The translations under genes were made by a program, and so were the position numbers. Under the pieces are notes generated by a model that saw only the letters and a list, made by a program, of their open reading frames with translations, made no database searches and was not told where the DNA came from. A stretch of DNA of 64,000 nucleotides from Flavipsychrobacter sp. (GTDB taxonomy: Bacteria; Bacteroidota; Bacteroidia; Chitinophagales; Chitinophagaceae), in assembly GCA_016786565.1 (NCBI GenBank), contig JAEUVY010000127.1, forward strand, positions 4,476-68,475. The letters are read 5' to 3'. Of the stretch, positions 1 through 9,212 are shown piece after piece (the stretch's first letter is position 1; each line of letters starts with the position of its first letter).

Positions 1-149
1 AAACGGGCTTCCGCCTTGTATTTCTTCTTTTTTACCAGGAGGCCGGCGCCTGCAAGTGCCATACCGGCCAGTGTGATGATGATAATAAAACGCTTCTGTT
101 TCTGAATGGTCCTGATTATATCAACAAGGTCAAAAGAGATATTAGTCAT
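1..149 (-). CDS. 5' fragment of a membrane protein gene running off the left edge (Wzz/chain-length-determinant-like N-terminus)
   Basis: Minus-strand ATG at 147-149. It reads MTNISFDLVDIIRTIQKQKRFIIIITLAGMALAGAGLLVKKKKYKAEA with no stop before the window edge. It has one TM helix after a short cytoplasmic segment. Only 49 codons are visible. Confidence 0.3.
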   Translation of the reverse strand, partial: MTNISFDLVDIIRTIQKQKRFIIIITLAGMALAGAGLLVKKKKYKAEAR

Positions 150-399
150 TATATTAGGTATAACTGTTTAAACCGCTTAAAGGTAAGTCTATTTTCAAAA
201 ACCCGTCAAAACAAATTTGTGTAACATATGTGGTCACTAATGCGTTGCAGCGGGCCGAAAGGGAGTAGGGAGTCAAAAAATGTGCCAGTTTTGGGTTGGG
301 GGTGGTTAATGCCCTCCTTCGCTGAAAAAGCTTCGGTGGGTGAAAGGTTAATAAGTTAATAGGTTCCGAGCTTAATTGTCACCCTGCGTTTACCGATGG

Positions 400-752
400 G
401 TTGCCCGATCATTGCCGTCATTCCGAATGGAGTGAGGCACGAACGAACAGAGGAATCTCCTGAGCACATGTACCAATGCCCAATAGAATTCCCGCACCAA
501 GTCTTCCAATCGCGCAATTTTTTTTCTGCGCAGTTTTCTACTAATTCATTGATTATCAATAAAAAGGCGGGAAGTGAATGCGCCGTTTGCTTCCCAAAAC
601 TGCGCAAAACCTGCGCACTTCTTCTCACTTGGTGCGCAGGTGAGAAGTAAAATAAAATCATCATACATGCCCTTTGGCCTCATTTCCCGCAACATCGATA
701 CAAGTTACATCCGGCATAGCAACAGGACAAAAAGAAAATCTATGATAGTGCG
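400..752. repeat. Left copy of an imperfect inverted repeat of about 360 bp (partner 22415-22782)
   Basis: The reverse complement of 690-752 aligns with 22415-22477 (..CTATCATAGATTTTCTTTTTG..GGATGTAACTTGTAT.GATGTTG). The reverse complement of 400-493 aligns with 22688-22782 (GGGAATTCTATT..CTCAGGAGATT.CTCT..CATTCG.AATGACGG..GGGCA). I estimate roughly 70-80% identity by eye; not computed. Confidence 0.75.
511..618 (-). repeat. Core repeat module, copy A (GTGCGCAGG..GGGAAGCA hairpin..TTATTGATAATCAATGAA..AACTGCGCAG)
   Basis: The same module occurs at 22561-22680 and 22932-23044 in the opposite orientation. It contains a GGGAAG/CTTCCC hairpin followed by CCTTTTTATTG and the palindrome ATTGAT.ATCAAT. 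Confidence 0.75.
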
Positions 753-791
753 ATTTGTGTAGTGTGATAAAAGAATCAGGATGACATGGGC

Positions 792-865
792 AGCCCCGAA
801 GGGGCGAAATGATCATAGAAAAACAACCCGCACATCACACAAGCCCCGAGGGGCGACATGATCAT
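792..865. repeat. Two tandem-spaced hairpin units AGCCCCGA(A)GGGGCGA.ATGATCAT
   Basis: Unit 792-816 and unit 842-865 are near-identical. Each holds a GCCCC-GAA-GGGGC stem-loop. Confidence 0.7.
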
Positions 866-1106
866 TCAAAGGACGCTTCTCGCTGAACAACTACATTGCA
901 CAGGGCTTCACAAAGAAGATTCGTCGATCCGTAGATCGGGGATTGCAAGCTCTGGTCCACGCACATATAGTTTAATAAATTCGCAGATCTGGAGATTTGC
1001 TTCCACAACGATGAAACACACCGGGCATACTTTTAGTAGTTTTGGTACACTACGCCTAACGGGGGCTCAATAATTTTTTGTTTTCCAATTATTTAATAAT
1101 GCAAAT

Positions 1107-1544
1107 ATGGCAGATGTAAAGTTCTACATAACATGTTGCTTGGCCTTTCTTCTCGTAGGGTGTAATACAGACGCAATTCATAAACAGGGTAGAAAATCAA
1201 ATCGAATAACAGTACACGTATTGTGCGACAATATTTTTCTGTCAGATACAAGAATTAAGTGTTGTTGTGTCGAAAAAGTAGGCGGGCGCGGTTTTAAAGA
1301 AATTACAATACAAGGAGATGAGCCTGAATATGATTCAATAATTAGATACATAAGCGCACGTAAGATTATAAATGATACTGACAAACAAATTGATGCAAGA
1401 ATGAACATACGAGTGTATACCGGAAATACGTTGATTCTGGAGGCATGTATAGATAATTATGACTATGCCGTTTATTCTAACTCTAAGTATTTAGGTGTTA
1501 ATAGTCGTCTACGACAATACATTGGTAGAAAATATTGTGAATAA
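1107..1544 (+). CDS. Hypothetical lipoprotein
   Basis: 145-aa ORF in an AT-rich stretch. The N-terminus has a lipobox-like CCLAFLLVGC. I recognise no family. Confidence 0.5.
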   Translation: MADVKFYITCCLAFLLVGCNTDAIHKQGRKSNRITVHVLCDNIFLSDTRIKCCCVEKVGGRGFKEITIQGDEPEYDSIIRYISARKIINDTDKQIDARMNIRVYTGNTLILEACIDNYDYAVYSNSKYLGVNSRLRQYIGRKYCE

Positions 1545-1651
1545 ATATTTCAAACTTGAGATCAGTTATTCGACACCTTCATTCAGCACATTATGTGCCA
1601 TCACTAAGGATGTTGGTGACAATAAAACTCCTGACCCTCTAACCGATAAAA

Positions 1652-2132
1652 ATGGAAAGTCGAATTAGAAAAAATGCCAAATGGCTTGTAGCATTAGTGG
1701 TTGTATTTGTATTGGGAGTTTCTATAGGAACTCTCGGAAAACGAAATGAAATAACTAATGCAAGTCCAGTTGCCGACTCTTTGGAACGCACTGATAGCTT
1801 ATTGAACAGGGTAAGACGTGGCGATACTACGGCCTATTTAGAGCTATCGGGAAGATACAGTGATTACCCCCCCGGAGGAAATACTTTTTTGGGCTATATA
1901 CATGGCAAACAGGTATGATTATAGTCGAGCTTATAGCGATGTATATTTTTCACTAATCGGAGCATACTGCTACGGCGATTCTACTCTTTGCAAAATGGAT
2001 ACCCTGACAAGGGATTTTGCCTTGAAATATCTCTATATGGCTGCTCAAAGAAATGAAGAAATGGCTATCGGAGAAATTGAGGCGATGAAGACAAATGAAT
2101 GTTGGACAAAAAGCAATATTTTGCTACACTAA
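1652..2132 (+). pseudogene. Membrane-anchored hypothetical protein gene split by a frameshift at a C7 homopolymer
   Basis: ORF 1652-1918 (TM helix WLVALVVVFVLGVSIG) and ORF 1860-2132 overlap in different frames. The frame switch lies at CCCCCCC (1867-1873). Removing one C joins ..RYSDYPP to EEILFWAIYMANRYDYSRAY.. as one ORF of about 160 aa. Confidence 0.6.
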
Positions 2133-2208
2133 ACTGACCGTTTAATTAGCGCAGAAACTGCACCACAGTCGTTCCGTCTCAACCTGGTCTCTGCCCTTCG
2201 CAGGCCCC

Positions 2209-2251
2209 GGCGAGTACCCCGCAGAAAAAGCGGGGAGATTCACCGAAGACA
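2209..2251. repeat. 43-bp repeat module with hairpin CCCCGC-AGAAAAA-GCGGGG (copy 1)
   Basis: GGCGAGTACCCCGCAGAAAAAGCGGGGAGATTCACCGAAGACA matches 7861-7903 with two substitutions. It lies just 3' of the 2278-4437 gene, so it may act as a terminator hairpin. A companion unit TCTGCCCTTCGCAG sits at 2190-2203 and at 7745-7758. Confidence 0.8.
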
Positions 2252-2277
2252 AAAACCCGGCGCGGTTGCCGTCGTGA

Positions 2278-4437
2278 TCACAGTTTAGATAGTCTGAATA
2301 CCTTTCTTACACCATGTGACGTTCTGATCTCCAGAATGTACTGCCCCCTGTCCAGATCCTCCGTTGCTACCACATTCAGGTCCGGACCCAAGGCACCCGT
2401 CTGCAACAGGTGGCCGGTGAGATCGGATATATTATACTCACCACGATCGTACAGACCCGTAATATTCACTTTGCCCCGGGTCGGATTAGGGTACACCATT
2501 ATCTGTTCCGAACCCTGCAATATGTCGCTTACCGCTACTGTTCCCTTTACAACTATCTCTTTGCACCATGTGTGTGTACCACAGTTGGTATAAACAGTAG
2601 CGCAAACTGTGTAAGTGTCAGCCACCGCATAGGTGTGTATAATTGTTGTGCCACTTCCGGTATATCCATCACCGAAGGTCCACTTTACACTGTCGAGACC
2701 TGCGGTTGTGCCGGTATAGGTGAAGCCATGCACAACCTTGCCAGTATCGGTAAAAGCTGCAACAGGAGTGCTGGCGCATGTGGTGGTTATCTCTTTGCAG
2801 TGCATATCCATGCCACATGATGTGTACACCCGCACACAGGTTGTGAACGTACCGGAACCTGTGTATGTATGAACCGGAGAAAGGGAAGTGCTTGTTCCTC
2901 CATCGCCAAACGTCCACCGAACGCTGTCTACACCGGTTGTAGTTCCGGAATACGTGAAAGACCTGGAAAGAAAAGAGCCTGAATAAAAGTAGTTTGCCAC
3001 CGGCATTGATGTGCAACTGCAGTCAATGCCATACTTCATAATGAAATAATCGGTGTCACCGCCTACGGACGTATATGGAGGCAGACTTCCTCCCCAAATA
3101 TTGTTTTCAACCTGGCCACCAATGTATAAATTACCGACCCCGTCTGCCGCGCACGAATAGGCCAGATCATAGAATCCGGCACCATGCATTTGTTGCAGGG
3201 TCACTATGTATCCTGCTGTGTCCAATACCGTGAAGTAGGCGTTCTGCCCTTCACCTGTATAGCTCCTTATTGTATCTGTTCCACACACAACATGATTGGT
3301 CATTAGGCCAACTGTAGCGACTTTGTTGGCAGGAGTAACTGTAATGTCAAGAAGACTATTTATTCCGGTATTGCCACTGTAGGTTTTTATCCACTTTACA
3401 GCGCCCGAAGTATCCAACTTCATTACCGACGCGATTTTTGATGATGTGACAGACATCTTGTTAATTGCTGTATCGCCACGATATACAAAGCACCTTGGTG
3501 CATTGGGAGTTAGGTAGAGATTTCCGATTCCGTCTGCTGCAATACCCCCCATCGCAACATTTCCACTATAATATGGGTTGGTAAATGTATCAATCCATAT
3601 CCGGTTTCGAGCAGGATTGAAAGCAGCCACGTAAGGATATCCTGAGCTATCCGGAAACGTTCCGTTGTCGCGATAACCATGGGCGTAAAGTTTATTACTT
3701 AATCTGTCAATTGTGATCCCTTTTACAAATAGTGTTGAGTCTAACTCCAATCTGTGGACACTCAATAAATTTCCACCTACATCGTATGTAAGATCGTAGG
3801 TGCCACGGATGCTGGTTATGGATGGGGTGATTTGAACGCCACTCCTTACACTAGCGAGGAAATGAACATTGTTCATATTGTCAACTGAAACAAATGAATT
3901 TTCACCAACACCGCCTGTAAGTGTAGACACGGTATTCGACCCAACAAAACGTACCCAGTTAAAGTGCCCATTTGTATCAAACTGTGCGAGAACCTGGCAT
4001 AAATATATGTCTCCTGTTATTGTAGTGTCATAGCCGATCCTCAATGGGGCAGTGTGATGTAAACCATAAAAGGCTACATAAAGGTGTCCTGCAGTGTCGC
4101 AGGTAATCGCATAGGGGTAGGCTTCTACTCCTGATACCAACTTTGCAAAACGCATTTGCCCGTTACACGTGTGGCTGGTCAAGAAGAGATTCTGGTAGCT
4201 GCCAAATGCAGCAGGTCTGTAGAACGTATCGGCAACGATTGAAGTGCCGCCCATGATGCTCAACGAATAGATATTCCCATTTCTATCGGTGCACATTGAA
4301 TACACTGCTTCCCGCATAGAAAATGTTGACAATGAAGTAGTTGATCCGCCGCCACGCACCCACTTGAAATTTTGCGAGTGTCCCGCCAGCGGTTGAAGTA
4401 ATAGAACAAGCAACAGTGAACTAAAGAGAAATTTCAT
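2278..4437 (-). CDS. Secreted T9SS cargo protein with beta-propeller-like repeats, two PKD-like domains and a C-terminal sorting domain
   Basis: Signal peptide MKFLFSSLLLVLLLQPLAGHSQ (start taken at internal ATG 4437). Two W.FGDG PKD-like repeats (VRWTFGDGGTS.., VKWTFGDGYTG..). The C-terminus VYPNPTRGKVNITGL...ILEIRT is typical of the Por/T9SS CTD. Confidence 0.85.
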   Translation of the reverse strand: MKFLFSSLLLVLLLQPLAGHSQNFKWVRGGGSTTSLSTFSMREAVYSMCTDRNGNIYSLSIMGGTSIVADTFYRPAAFGSYQNLFLTSHTCNGQMRFAKLVSGVEAYPYAITCDTAGHLYVAFYGLHHTAPLRIGYDTTITGDIYLCQVLAQFDTNGHFNWVRFVGSNTVSTLTGGVGENSFVSVDNMNNVHFLASVRSGVQITPSITSIRGTYDLTYDVGGNLLSVHRLELDSTLFVKGITIDRLSNKLYAHGYRDNGTFPDSSGYPYVAAFNPARNRIWIDTFTNPYYSGNVAMGGIAADGIGNLYLTPNAPRCFVYRGDTAINKMSVTSSKIASVMKLDTSGAVKWIKTYSGNTGINSLLDITVTPANKVATVGLMTNHVVCGTDTIRSYTGEGQNAYFTVLDTAGYIVTLQQMHGAGFYDLAYSCAADGVGNLYIGGQVENNIWGGSLPPYTSVGGDTDYFIMKYGIDCSCTSMPVANYFYSGSFLSRSFTYSGTTTGVDSVRWTFGDGGTSTSLSPVHTYTGSGTFTTCVRVYTSCGMDMHCKEITTTCASTPVAAFTDTGKVVHGFTYTGTTAGLDSVKWTFGDGYTGSGTTIIHTYAVADTYTVCATVYTNCGTHTWCKEIVVKGTVAVSDILQGSEQIMVYPNPTRGKVNITGLYDRGEYNISDLTGHLLQTGALGPDLNVVATEDLDRGQYILEIRTSHGVRKVFRLSKL

Positions 4438-4831
4438 GGTGCGGTGTTTGGTGTAAAAGATCATTGCAAACTCTGTGCCACGATATTACAAAACTAACAA
4501 TATCGATGTGCAGACAAAGGGGTAAAGGGTTAAAAGGTCAACAGATAGATGTAGTCGAGACTGTTACCCTGTAATAAATGAATATTGGCTACGACCAAAA
4601 GAAATGCCGCCGGGTCCCTCTCTCACACAAGGCTCAGCAAAGGAGACCCGTCTGGAACGGAAGACCACAGCGTCAACTTCGGTTTTTACATTCCAGCCAG
4701 AAACATCCAGGGGCTTTAGGCACCATTCAGCGTAAGGGCTTCTTCTGAAAGCAAGTCAACTAAGGCAGGAAACTGTTGTAATGCAAATCAGGATGCTCAA
4801 TACCGGGGGGAAACATATGGAAGAACCGGTT

Positions 4832-4867
4832 AGACACAAGTCGGAAAGACTCGCCAGCGGGGTTGTG
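4832..4867. repeat. 36-bp hairpin repeat unit (AGACACAAGTCGGAAA.ACT.GCCAGC.GGGT), left of the toxin-antitoxin cassette
   Basis: Direct imperfect repeat of 5455-5490. A third, inverted copy lies at 22321-22348. Confidence 0.7.
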
Positions 4868-4930
4868 CCGGCCGCAAATATTCACTTTTTGAGTTGAGGG
4901 AACAATTGTAACTTTACTAAAACGATTGCT

Positions 4931-5143
4931 ATGCAAGAGGTATTTCACTTACGTGTCAAAAAAGACTATGCCGAAGCCATCATCATCGACCTTCAAAAGA
5001 TGGATGCGGTAGAATTGCTGAGTGACGATATTCCCGGCTGGCAGGTAGATCTTGTAAAAGAACGAATGGAAGAATACAAAAGGAATCCAATTGTTTTACA
5101 GGATTTCGATAGTGCGATAGATGATATCGAAAAGGAGCTGTAA
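4931..5143 (+). CDS. Addiction-module antitoxin component (TIGR02574-like)
   Basis: 70 aa. The C-terminal pattern ..LVKERMEEYKRNPIVLQDFDSAIDDIEKEL matches the remembered signature of the putative addiction module component family. Its stop overlaps the start of the ParE-like gene (ATGA-type junction at 5143). Confidence 0.65.
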   Translation: MQEVFHLRVKKDYAEAIIIDLQKMDAVELLSDDIPGWQVDLVKERMEEYKRNPIVLQDFDSAIDDIEKEL

Positions 5144-5436
5144 TGTACAAGGTAAAAATACTACCTGCCGCAAAACAAGATATAAGAGAAGCTGCCAAAT
5201 GGTATAATGAACAGCAACCTGGTTTAGGGCTTCGTTTTACATCGTATGTGCGCCATAAAATCCACTCAATAACCGCTAATCCCCTTGCTTTTTCGGTTAA
5301 GTATTCCGATATCCGTGCGGTCGTTTTAGATGTGTTTCCGTATATGGTTCATTTTGAGGTGGAGGGAAATAAGATCATTATCTTGGCTGTATTGCATACC
5401 AGCAGGAAACCTTTGAGTGAAGGTGGGCACCCTTGA
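5143..5436 (+). CDS. RelE/ParE-family type II toxin
   Basis: 97 aa. The N-terminus ..ILPAAKQDIREAAKWY.. and the C-terminus ..IIILAVLHTSRKP are typical of the ParE/RelE plasmid-stabilisation fold. It is translationally coupled to the upstream antitoxin. Confidence 0.8.
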   Translation: MYKVKILPAAKQDIREAAKWYNEQQPGLGLRFTSYVRHKIHSITANPLAFSVKYSDIRAVVLDVFPYMVHFEVEGNKIIILAVLHTSRKPLSEGGHP

Positions 5437-5454
5437 ATGCAGGAGGGATGAATA

Positions 5455-5490
5455 AGACACAAGTCGGAAACACTTGCGCCAGCAGGGTGT
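5455..5490. repeat. 36-bp hairpin repeat unit, right of the toxin-antitoxin cassette
   Basis: AGACACAAGTCGGAAACACTTGCGCCAGCAGGGTGT is a direct repeat of 4832-4867. Confidence 0.7.
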
Positions 5491-5830
5491 CTGAACCGTT
5501 GATTGAAACTGATTGTTTTGTTTTAGCTGATAGCAGAGGTTTATTTTAGCTACATCAAGATGAATACCGTCGGAGACGGAGTTGTATCGCTACTTCCAGA
5601 TGCGCTGCGCAAACATCTGGGATCGGATACCGGTATGACATAGTCGGGAGACTATGGCAAGCGGGGACCAGGTAGGGCGCAAATAAAATTTATTTTTCCT
5701 TGCACCTAACTCTCAGCGATATATAGTAGCCTATTCTTTAAATATATTAAAAGCCCCAAGTGTGGCACTGAATTTGTAGTTCAGTTTCTACCCACGGTTC
5801 ATTTTTTTACAAATACCCAAAAAACACCTT

Positions 5831-7678
5831 ATGAAAAAGCTAGCGTTTACTTTATCCGTTTTCCTGTTTTGTATTGCCGGTGTCAAGGCACAATCTTTCA
5901 GCAGCGGTCATCTTACCGTTTCTGTTACAGACTCAATGGTACACGACTCAACTATTTGTTACACCAACGTATTGTTCTATTATCACATTTATATTGATAG
6001 TTCTTACACCGGACAGATCGTTAGTGTTGTAGACACGAACACGGGCAGCCTTATGGGTACTTTTACCAATGTCTCGGGCAGTTCACCATGGTCGTTCGTT
6101 ACAAATCCCGGAGGCCTCAGTTCGGGTGCTTCCTATTATTGTGTGCCTGATTACAGCATTTCAGGCGGTTACGCCCATACATCGATCTATGCTGCTACAA
6201 GAAAAATCGCGGCAGGATACGATACCGTGTTTGCGACTGCAGCCCACGACAGCCTATTGGTTACCGACCCCTGCGAATACAGCACTGTTTCTGGTGAGAG
6301 ATTCGCTGACAACAACGGCAACTGTGTTTATGATGCCGGAGATGACGCCCTGTCTTTCCCTTTGAGCGATATTGTCGTAAACAGTACATTCGCGCCACCG
6401 GGCACCGGGGTGAATTTCTTCACTTCCGGATCTACATATGGCGCATTGTATACCAGTATGGTACAGAAATCATGGATGACCACATGTACTGTGTCTGTTC
6501 CCTCTTACTACTATTTTGTTTATAGCGTGGGCGCTTGCGCTGCAGGGCCCTATGTATTCACATCCCTCCCGGCCACGGGTGCCGACTTTCCTTTTAATTG
6601 CACCAGCAATGTAGATGTTCAATGCGGCGCGTGTTCTCCCGGATCAGTTCGTTTACATACTCCTTTTCTGCTACATCCATATGTAAGTAATACCGGTTGC
6701 AGCCCGGCTGCCGGCCAGATGAAACTGATACTGGACCCACACGTAGTTTATGATTCCGCACTGAGTTCACATCCGGCCGACGCAGTGAGTGGCGATACGC
6801 TCATCTGGAATTACTCGGGACTTACAAATATTGTTGCCTCCGGATACTGGAATAGTTTTATGGCTGGAGTCCACCTCACGCCCGATGCCACAGTAGTTGT
6901 TGGTGATACACTGTGTTTCCGCATATTTACAAACGTACCGGCGGCTGATATAAATGCAAGCAATAATGATCTTTCGTTTTGTTTCCCTGTGGTTTATTCC
7001 TACGATCCTAACATGAAGGAGGTACTTCCCAAAGGAACAGGTACGGAGGGCTTCATCAGTGGCGATCAGGATACGCTGCAGTATACCATTCATTTTCAGA
7101 ATACAGGCAGTGCGCCTGCTATCGATGTCAAGATCATTGATACCCTTGATTCAGATATTGATCCGGCCAGTTTAAAGATCTTGGGAAGTACACATAAGAT
7201 GACTCCGAAGTGGCTATCGTCGACCGTCGTTGAGTTCACCTATTCCAATATCAATTTGCCGGATAGCCTCAGCAACGAACCTGCGAGTCATGGTGCAGTG
7301 CGTTTCAGTGTAAAGCTCAAAGCAGGTTTACCTATCGGAACAAAGATCCGCAACACCGGGTACATCTATTTTGACCTCAATCCGCCGGTTATCACCAATA
7401 CAGCACTCAGCACCCTTTCAAGCCCTACAACGGTTTCGTCGGTAACATCAGAGCTTGCCTTGAAAATTTATCCCAATCCTGCAACAGACCAGATCACAGT
7501 CGAAAATCTCGATCGGGGCGAGATCAGTATCATGAATATCAGCGGTGCAGTGGTGCTTCGTCATACTGTTACATCATCGCGTTCGGTCGTTGATATAAGC
7601 AGACTACCCGCCGGTGTCTATATCCTCAGATCAATGAACGCATCTGTCTCAGATACCCGCAAATTCATTAAGTATTGA
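5831..7678 (+). CDS. Secreted T9SS cargo / surface protein
   Basis: Signal peptide MKKLAFTLSVFLFCIAGVKAQ. It has a YDPNMKEV...TIHFQNTGSAPAIDVKIIDTLD beta-sandwich module common in Bacteroidota surface proteins. The C-terminus KIYPNPATDQITVENL...GVYILRS is a T9SS CTD. Confidence 0.85.
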   Translation: MKKLAFTLSVFLFCIAGVKAQSFSSGHLTVSVTDSMVHDSTICYTNVLFYYHIYIDSSYTGQIVSVVDTNTGSLMGTFTNVSGSSPWSFVTNPGGLSSGASYYCVPDYSISGGYAHTSIYAATRKIAAGYDTVFATAAHDSLLVTDPCEYSTVSGERFADNNGNCVYDAGDDALSFPLSDIVVNSTFAPPGTGVNFFTSGSTYGALYTSMVQKSWMTTCTVSVPSYYYFVYSVGACAAGPYVFTSLPATGADFPFNCTSNVDVQCGACSPGSVRLHTPFLLHPYVSNTGCSPAAGQMKLILDPHVVYDSALSSHPADAVSGDTLIWNYSGLTNIVASGYWNSFMAGVHLTPDATVVVGDTLCFRIFTNVPAADINASNNDLSFCFPVVYSYDPNMKEVLPKGTGTEGFISGDQDTLQYTIHFQNTGSAPAIDVKIIDTLDSDIDPASLKILGSTHKMTPKWLSSTVVEFTYSNINLPDSLSNEPASHGAVRFSVKLKAGLPIGTKIRNTGYIYFDLNPPVITNTALSTLSSPTTVSSVTSELALKIYPNPATDQITVENLDRGEISIMNISGAVVLRHTVTSSRSVVDISRLPAGVYILRSMNASVSDTRKFIKY

Positions 7679-7702
7679 GAATAATTGACGGTACACGCCA
7701 TT

Positions 7703-7734
7703 TGGACCAAGGGCTTCCCTTGGTCCATTTTTTG
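7703..7734 (+). terminator. Rho-independent terminator
   Basis: TGGACCAAGGG-CTT-CCCTTGGTCCA (11-bp perfect stem) followed by TTTTTTT, 25 nt after the stop at 7678. Confidence 0.8.
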
Positions 7735-7860
7735 CAAATCTGTTTCTGCCCTTCGCAGAACTCAGGCGACAATTTATTGGTGTGATTGATGACTGTTACC
7801 TTGCTATAGATATATTGACTGCTATGACAAGAGCTAACGTCGGGGGCAGAGATAGGCGTC

Positions 7861-7903
7861 GGCGAGTCCCCCGCAGAAAAAGCGGGGAGATTCACGGAAG
7901 ACA
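7861..7903. repeat. 43-bp repeat module with hairpin CCCCGC-AGAAAAA-GCGGGG (copy 2)
   Basis: Near-identical to 2209-2251. It lies between two convergent genes (5831-7678 on plus, 7940-8896 on minus). Confidence 0.8.
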
Positions 7904-7939
7904 GCGACGTAAGAATTTCCGAATTGCATTTTACACCTG

Positions 7940-8896
7940 CTAAACCAGCTCTATGATACCGAATGTTTTTTGCAGCATCTCTATATAGCTGGCTTTGAAA
8001 CCGTCGGTAAGAAAACTGCTTTGTACCAATGCAAACCATTTCTCTTTCGCTCTCGTCATTTTAGCAAAAATATTTGCCTGCTGCTTCGCATCGAGTCCCA
8101 TCTGTTCAAAAGTCGCAACAAAATCAGATCGTTTTATCCTTCTTTTCTTTCCATTCAACGTAAGGGCGGTTTCTTCTATATCGGCCGGGTTCACCAATCT
8201 GGTAGATAAAAGGTCGTAAGCCTGAGCTAGCATAATACCCTGGCCGGGTCTGTGTATGAGCGAAAAGTTTTTAAGGTGCATGTCTGCATTGCCGGTCAAA
8301 AAACAAAAAAGCAACAGCTCTCCGAAATTTACCAGATCCAAACCGGGCTGAGCGCTGTATTTTTTTATCGCCTTCGCGATCTGCTCATAAGAACCATGAT
8401 ATTTTTCTTCCGTTAACCGTTCAGTTATCTGGCACATGTCTTCCATGTGCATTTTTCCTTTCTTTGTTCTGTCTATTCGTTTAGTAATGTAGGCAAGGTT
8501 TCCCGACTGCAGCCTGATGAGGCTATGAGGCACCACGCTTATTTTTGCGGCAGACGCCAGGTGCATGGTGAGGTCTTCTACCTCCGGCAACTCAGGGTAA
8601 TGAGCTGATGGCGGTTTCAGGATATAACTACCCCACAGCCCTACGATCGTAAATCTTTTCGGTTCGTGTTTTGTTGCAGATCCCAACTCCAACGATAATT
8701 TAGGCTGCACACCCGTTACCGCTATCTGGCTTTTCACGATCTGGTCAGCCAGAGCCTCCATGTCCTTTTCGGCATAGGGCAACTCAGGTGCCATGTCCTC
8801 GCCAAAAAATTTCTTGCTACATGCCCTATGAAAGTCTACCTCACCCGCACTGAGCGGTTGGTAACAATACAAACATCTATTCATGTTCTGGTACAT
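7940..8896 (-). CDS. HipA-family Ser/Thr kinase toxin, kinase-core-only (HipT-like)
   Basis: 318 aa. Gly-rich loop region AVTGVQPKLSL. Catalytic loop FLTGNADMHLKNFS (D.H.KN). Cys-rich N-terminus CLYCYQPL..FHRAC. It overlaps the upstream small ORF by 20 nt (alternative start 8884). Confidence 0.85.
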   Translation of the reverse strand: MYQNMNRCLYCYQPLSAGEVDFHRACSKKFFGEDMAPELPYAEKDMEALADQIVKSQIAVTGVQPKLSLELGSATKHEPKRFTIVGLWGSYILKPPSAHYPELPEVEDLTMHLASAAKISVVPHSLIRLQSGNLAYITKRIDRTKKGKMHMEDMCQITERLTEEKYHGSYEQIAKAIKKYSAQPGLDLVNFGELLLFCFLTGNADMHLKNFSLIHRPGQGIMLAQAYDLLSTRLVNPADIEETALTLNGKKRRIKRSDFVATFEQMGLDAKQQANIFAKMTRAKEKWFALVQSSFLTDGFKASYIEMLQKTFGIIELV

Positions 8897-9212
8897 CGTT
8901 TACAGGGTGAACACTAACAGCTCCTATACATTCCCTGCAGCATGCCAGCAGCAACCCCATGCGGTCGCGCTCGTTTAATTTCCAGTTTCGTTCCGCGATA
9001 TGAAGTAGCCACCCTTCCGGAATCAATCCATCAAAAAACGGGAACAGCACCTTTGACTGATATTCCTTGTCTGTGAGTGGCAGTGTTACACTCACCTTTT
9101 CCGCGTCCTCCTGATTCAGGTACGATCTGTCATAGGAGAAGGAATACCCGTTTTCATCCTGAACTAACCAGCCGGCAGTACGTTCGTGCATTTTTATCTC
9201 AGCCTTTCTCAT
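8877..9212 (-). CDS. HipA N-terminal subdomain protein (HipS-like)
   Basis: 111 aa. ..GWLVQDENGYSFSYDRSYL..LPL..FPFFDGLIPEGW..CRECIGAVSV matches the Couple_hipA/HipA N-terminal pattern. It sits between the HTH gene and the kinase gene. Confidence 0.75.
   Translation of the reverse strand: MRKAEIKMHERTAGWLVQDENGYSFSYDRSYLNQEDAEKVSVTLPLTDKEYQSKVLFPFFDGLIPEGWLLHIAERNWKLNERDRMGLLLACCRECIGAVSVHPVNDVPEHE

Noticed and set aside
356-1073. Track ORFs inside the repeat blocks: 356-664, 396-650, 574-762, 858-1073, and their counterparts 22252-22512, 22448-22630 and 22551-22994.
   Set aside because: They run through hairpin/palindrome repeat modules. The homologous repeat copies do not keep a common reading frame. 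The peptides are low-complexity. I treat them as non-coding repeat DNA.
7940-9212. The HipS-like and HipT-like ORFs might be one full-length hipA gene broken by a frameshift.
   Set aside because: The 318-aa ORF begins with its own Cys-rich N-terminal element, and the two ORFs overlap by 20 nt in the manner of coupled genes. The 111 + 318 aa arrangement with an upstream HTH gene matches the known tripartite architecture. Resequencing would settle it.
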